A stretch of 32,000 nt of DNA from assembly GCA_027925325.1 (NCBI GenBank), contig AP027133.1, positions 390,001-422,000 on the forward strand, read 5' to 3'. The translations under genes and the position numbers were made by a program. The DNA comes from Candidatus Saccharimonadota bacterium (lineage in GTDB: Bacteria > Bacillota_I > Bacilli_A > Mycoplasmatales > Hepatoplasmataceae). Below are positions 28,835 to 32,000 of this stretch, piece by piece. The notes under the pieces were generated by a model. The model made no database searches, had not been told where the DNA came from, and worked only from the letters and a program-made list of their open reading frames with translations. Numbering within the stretch: position 1 is the stretch's first letter; each line of letters opens with the position of its first letter.

Positions 28835-30382
28835 TTATTGATTATCAATCAAAACCTCTCCTGTCATCTCTTTTGGAATTTTAATCCCTAGTAAATAAAG
28901 GATTGTCGGTGCTAGATCTGCTAGCTTTGCTTTGATATTTTTCCTATCATTAAATTTTGCTTTAAATTTTAAATTTTTATCAGTAATAATTGTAAGAACA
29001 GGATTTAAGGAATGCGCTGTCATCGGTTTACCTTCTTTTGTAAGCATTACATCAGAATTACCATGATCGGCTGTGATTATCATCACTCCTCCCATTTTTA
29101 AAACGATTTGATTATATAATCTGCCAAGCATTTCATCGGCTGTTTCACAAGCCTTAATCGCAGCTGGAATTGAACCGGTGTGTCCAACCATATCTGGTTG
29201 AGCATAATTTATAATAAAGACATCGATTCCCTTTGCATTTGCAATAATTTTATCAGTTAACTCATAAGCTGACATCTCTGGTTTTGAATCATATGTTGCA
29301 ACTTTTGGTGAATCAACAAGTACTCTTATTTCATGTTTTTTAGCAATTTCTTGTTGTCCATCCAAAAAGAAAGTGACATGTGGATACTTTTCTGTTTCTG
29401 CCGCGCGCATCTGTTTTAATTTATGATCTTCTAAAACTTCTCCTAACAGATTTTTCATATGATGAGCAGGATATAAGACATTACTTTTAATTCCGGCATA
29501 TTCACGCATTGTTGCATAAAATAAATTTTTTCTTTGATCTTTTACTTTATAATCATAATTTGTAATTTTTTCATCAGATCCAATTAACATATGTGACATT
29601 TCGCGTGCACGATCAGAACGGAAATTTGCAAATAAAATTGAATCATTATCTTTTATTTTGGCATCAAAATTTGAATTATAAGCAGGGATTAAAAATTCAT
29701 CTGTTATCTTTGCTTTATACTCGCTATCAATATAAGCGAAGGGATCAGTAAAACTTTTACCCTTACGATTAGCAATTACATCGTAAGCAAGTTTAATTCT
29801 TTCTCATCTTTTATCACGATCCATCGCATAATAACGACCAGAAATTGAAGCAAGCTTAATTTTTGCATCATAAATTTTTTTAATTGAATCTTTAGAAGAA
29901 GTAGGAGAAACATCTCTTCCATCAGTAAAGGCATGAATATAAACATTTACACCATTATTTTCAACAATCTTTGCCAATTCAATAATATGATTAATATGAG
30001 CATGAACGCCCCCATCTGAGCAAAGACCCATAATGTGAAAATTGCTATTATTTTTTTTAGCATGATCGATGGCTTTTAAAAGAATCTTATTATCTTTTAA
30101 ATTATCTTCTTCAATTTCTTTATTAATAAGCGCAAGTGATTGATAAACAATTCTTCCTGCCCCTATATTCATATGACCAACTTCTGAATTACCCATCTGT
30201 CCATCAGGAAGACCGACAAATTTTCCTCCTGTATTCATTAAAATATTTGGAAATTCCTTTGTTCACTTATCGATATTTGGTGATTTAGCAAGCTTTACTG
30301 CATTTCCTTTTCCTGCAGGCGCTTGTCCATAACCATCCAAAATAATTAAAGCAACCGGTTTTTTATTATTTCTTGTATTCAT
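28835..30382 (-). CDS. gpmI: 2,3-bisphosphoglycerate-independent phosphoglycerate mutase (515 aa)
   Basis: Track ORFs 29804..30238 and 28835..29599 are joined in one frame that I checked, starting at ATG 30382. The N-terminus is MNTRNNKKPVALIILDGYG. Further motifs are GNSEVGHMNIGAGR, RYYAMDRDKRW-ERI, FANFRSDRARE and ITADHGN. All are iPGM hallmarks. Confidence 0.93.
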
Positions 30383-30401
30383 ATTAATATCTATTTTATC
30401 A

Positions 30402-31106
30402 TTATCCTTTCTTATTTAAATTTTCTATCTTCCAATCGGCAAAAACACAATTTAATTCAAAGATTTTTTCATTTAAAATTTTGCTATCAACTTGTTTTGG
30501 ATAAGAACAGGGATCTTTTGGAATCTGTTGTAATCAATGAAAATTATTTTTTTCATAAACTTCATTTAAATAAATTAAATTTGTTTTGGTCGTCTTTTCA
30601 AAAATTTCTTTTGCAAGATAAACTGTTTTGTTGATTGTGGCAAGCGTTTTTTTACGTTTATTAATTTCAATAATCGAGAAAAATTCAATTCCCGTAAGTA
30701 GAACAATTTTATAATTAATCTTAAAAGGTAAATTACTTAAAAAACTATTAATTTCAATCGCAGCCGTAAGTAAATTACCTTCCGCAAAACTATTAGCTTT
30801 GTAGTGTTCAATAAATCCATAGATTTCTGTTCCAAATAAATGATAGTTATCAATTAAATAATAATTAAAAATTTTTAAAATACTCTCAGCATAAAGATTT
30901 ATAAATTTTAATTTTTCTTTTTCTTTTAATTTTTGCATTAACTTTTGATAATTTTCAATATTTATATAAATTGTTGTAATTTTAGTTTTATAATGACTGC
31001 TAATAGGAAAATTTTTAATATTAGGAAAATTATTATTAATATTTATTTCAGCATCCTCAATTGTTCTAATCTTTTTTTGAATATTTAAACGCAAAGAACG
31101 AATCAT
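30402..31106 (-). CDS. Hypothetical protein (234 aa); possible degenerate nucleotidyl-cyclase/GGDEF-like palm domain
   Basis: Track ORF 30534..31106 continues through TGA 30534-30536 to TAA 30402-30404. The segment TTIYINIENYQKLMQ...(43 aa)...FGTEIYGFIE...AAIEINSFL has spacing reminiscent of the GGDEF or class III cyclase palm (DxDxF...GGDEF), but with substituted acidic residues. The domain call is weak and made by eye only. Confidence 0.6.
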
Positions 31107-31152
31107 GAATTTTTAGTTTATTTCCTTATAATTTTTCAATATAGAAAATTAT

Positions 31153-31180
31153 AAACTTTATTATCATTTTAATAAAGTTT
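31153..31180 (-). terminator. Perfect 11-bp hairpin between two minus-strand genes (possible terminator)
   Basis: AAACTTTATTA (31153-31163) pairs perfectly with TAATAAAGTTT (31170-31180), with a 6-nt loop. It starts 22 nt after the stop at 31202. The trailing U-run on the minus strand is weak (ATAATTTTC). Confidence 0.4.
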
Positions 31181-31201
31181 GCTCTCTTCCAAAATTAAAA
31201 A

Positions 31202-31774
31202 TTATTCTAAAGCATCACTTGAAATAGTAAATGAATTTATAAGAAGAAGATAAATTCCACTTAATGCCAATGTAATGAAAGCAAAAACCAGCATTATAAT
31301 ATCATCAGTTGTATATTTCTCAACAATTTCTACTCCTGAAATTGAATTGATAATCGCTCAAGCCGGATCATTTTGATATAAATTAGCATAATATAAAAAA
31401 TTCTCTGCATATAAAAAATATAATGTAACGAAAAGAACAATCACAGCGGCAAGAAATATTCCATAATAAATATTTTGAAATATCTTCTTCTTAAAACTTA
31501 AAATCAAAAATAAAATTGTAACCGCAAAGACAAAGGCAAAAATAAACATAAAAATAATCGGTGTATAAGTTTCTGCTTTTAACGCTCCTGTATTAACGAA
31601 AAAATCAATATCATTATTAAATTTAACGGTATCTGAAAGTTTAATCGCTGCGACCGTAAAAAAGGCGATTAATGTAATAATTGAAAAAATTAAAAAGATA
31701 AATTTAAAAATAAAAAACTTATCTTCGGTTGTTAACTCTCTTTTTTGTTTTGCTTTTTGTTTTTTCTTTACCAT
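31202..31774 (-). CDS. Hypothetical polytopic membrane protein (190 aa)
   Basis: Track ORF 31358..31780 continues through TGA 31358-31360 to TAA 31202-31204. It begins with a basic N-terminus (MVKKKQKAKQKR..) followed by 4-5 hydrophobic helices. I prefer ATG 31774 to the track's TTG 31780. Confidence 0.6.
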
Positions 31775-31788
31775 AATCAAATTATAAA

Positions 31789-32000
31789 TTAAAGATATTC
31801 TAAAAATATTTTTTTAACTGCTAATAAATTAAATTTATTGATTGAGGAATATAAAATAACTTCATCAAGATCTAAAATTTGCTTAATATTTTTTTTAAAA
31901 GCAGCTTTTTCTTTTTGTGTAACTTTATCTAATTTTGTTCCAATAATTTTAAATTGTAAGTTATTTTTTTTAAAATAATCAATCATTAATAAATCATCTT
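31789..32000 (-). CDS. engB: 3' part of a GTP-binding protein, probably ribosome-biogenesis GTPase EngB/YsxC (partial; 5' end outside the window)
   Basis: The frame is open to the window edge. It contains the G4 motif GTKLDK, followed by a short C-terminal tail (..ILYSSINKFNL..) of the size and pattern seen in EngB/YihA. The identity is tentative. Confidence 0.45.
   Translation of the reverse strand, partial: DDLLMIDYFKKNNLQFKIIGTKLDKVTQKEKAAFKKNIKQILDLDEVILYSSINKFNLLAVKKIFLEYL

Overview
This is a very AT-rich window that only reads coherently under translation table 4 (TGA = Trp), so it comes from a Mollicutes-type (mycoplasma-like) chromosome. The supplied standard-code ORF track therefore fragments or misses many genes. 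I re-joined ORFs by hand through in-frame TGA codons and checked that no TAA or TAG interrupts them.

Contents after re-joining:
- Glycolysis genes: gap, the first codons of a probable pgk, and gpmI.
- A 20-gene S10-spc ribosomal-protein operon on the minus strand (rpsJ to rplO, 10308-19878). It ends at rplO with a terminator instead of continuing into secY-adk-map.
- One tRNA-Leu(CAA).
- A permease with twin IPGCG/IPTCGP motifs and an MBL-fold hydrolase.
- galE, plus a sugar/glycan locus at 20106-28228: three divergent GT2-like paralogues, ugd, a 703-aa polytopic membrane protein and a 552-aa anchored surface protein.
- Several small membrane or hypothetical proteins and the 3' part of an EngB-like GTPase gene.

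Most noteworthy:
1. A TGA-masked two-gene operon at 2854-6795. An 888-aa DUF262/DUF1524 (GmrSD-type) nuclease with an uncharacterised ~260-aa N-terminal extension is abutted (TAA-ATG) to a C5-cytosine DNA methyltransferase.
2. A ~215-bp direct repeat (7501-7716 and 19821-20046). It copies the rpsJ leader and first ~22 codons to a second site, directly in front of the MBL hydrolase on one strand and galE on the other.
3. Two tandem 189-aa membrane-anchored paralogues just downstream of tRNA-Leu.

I found no rRNA, CRISPR array, transposase or intact integrase. All domain assignments come from motif recognition by eye and need HMM or BLAST confirmation.
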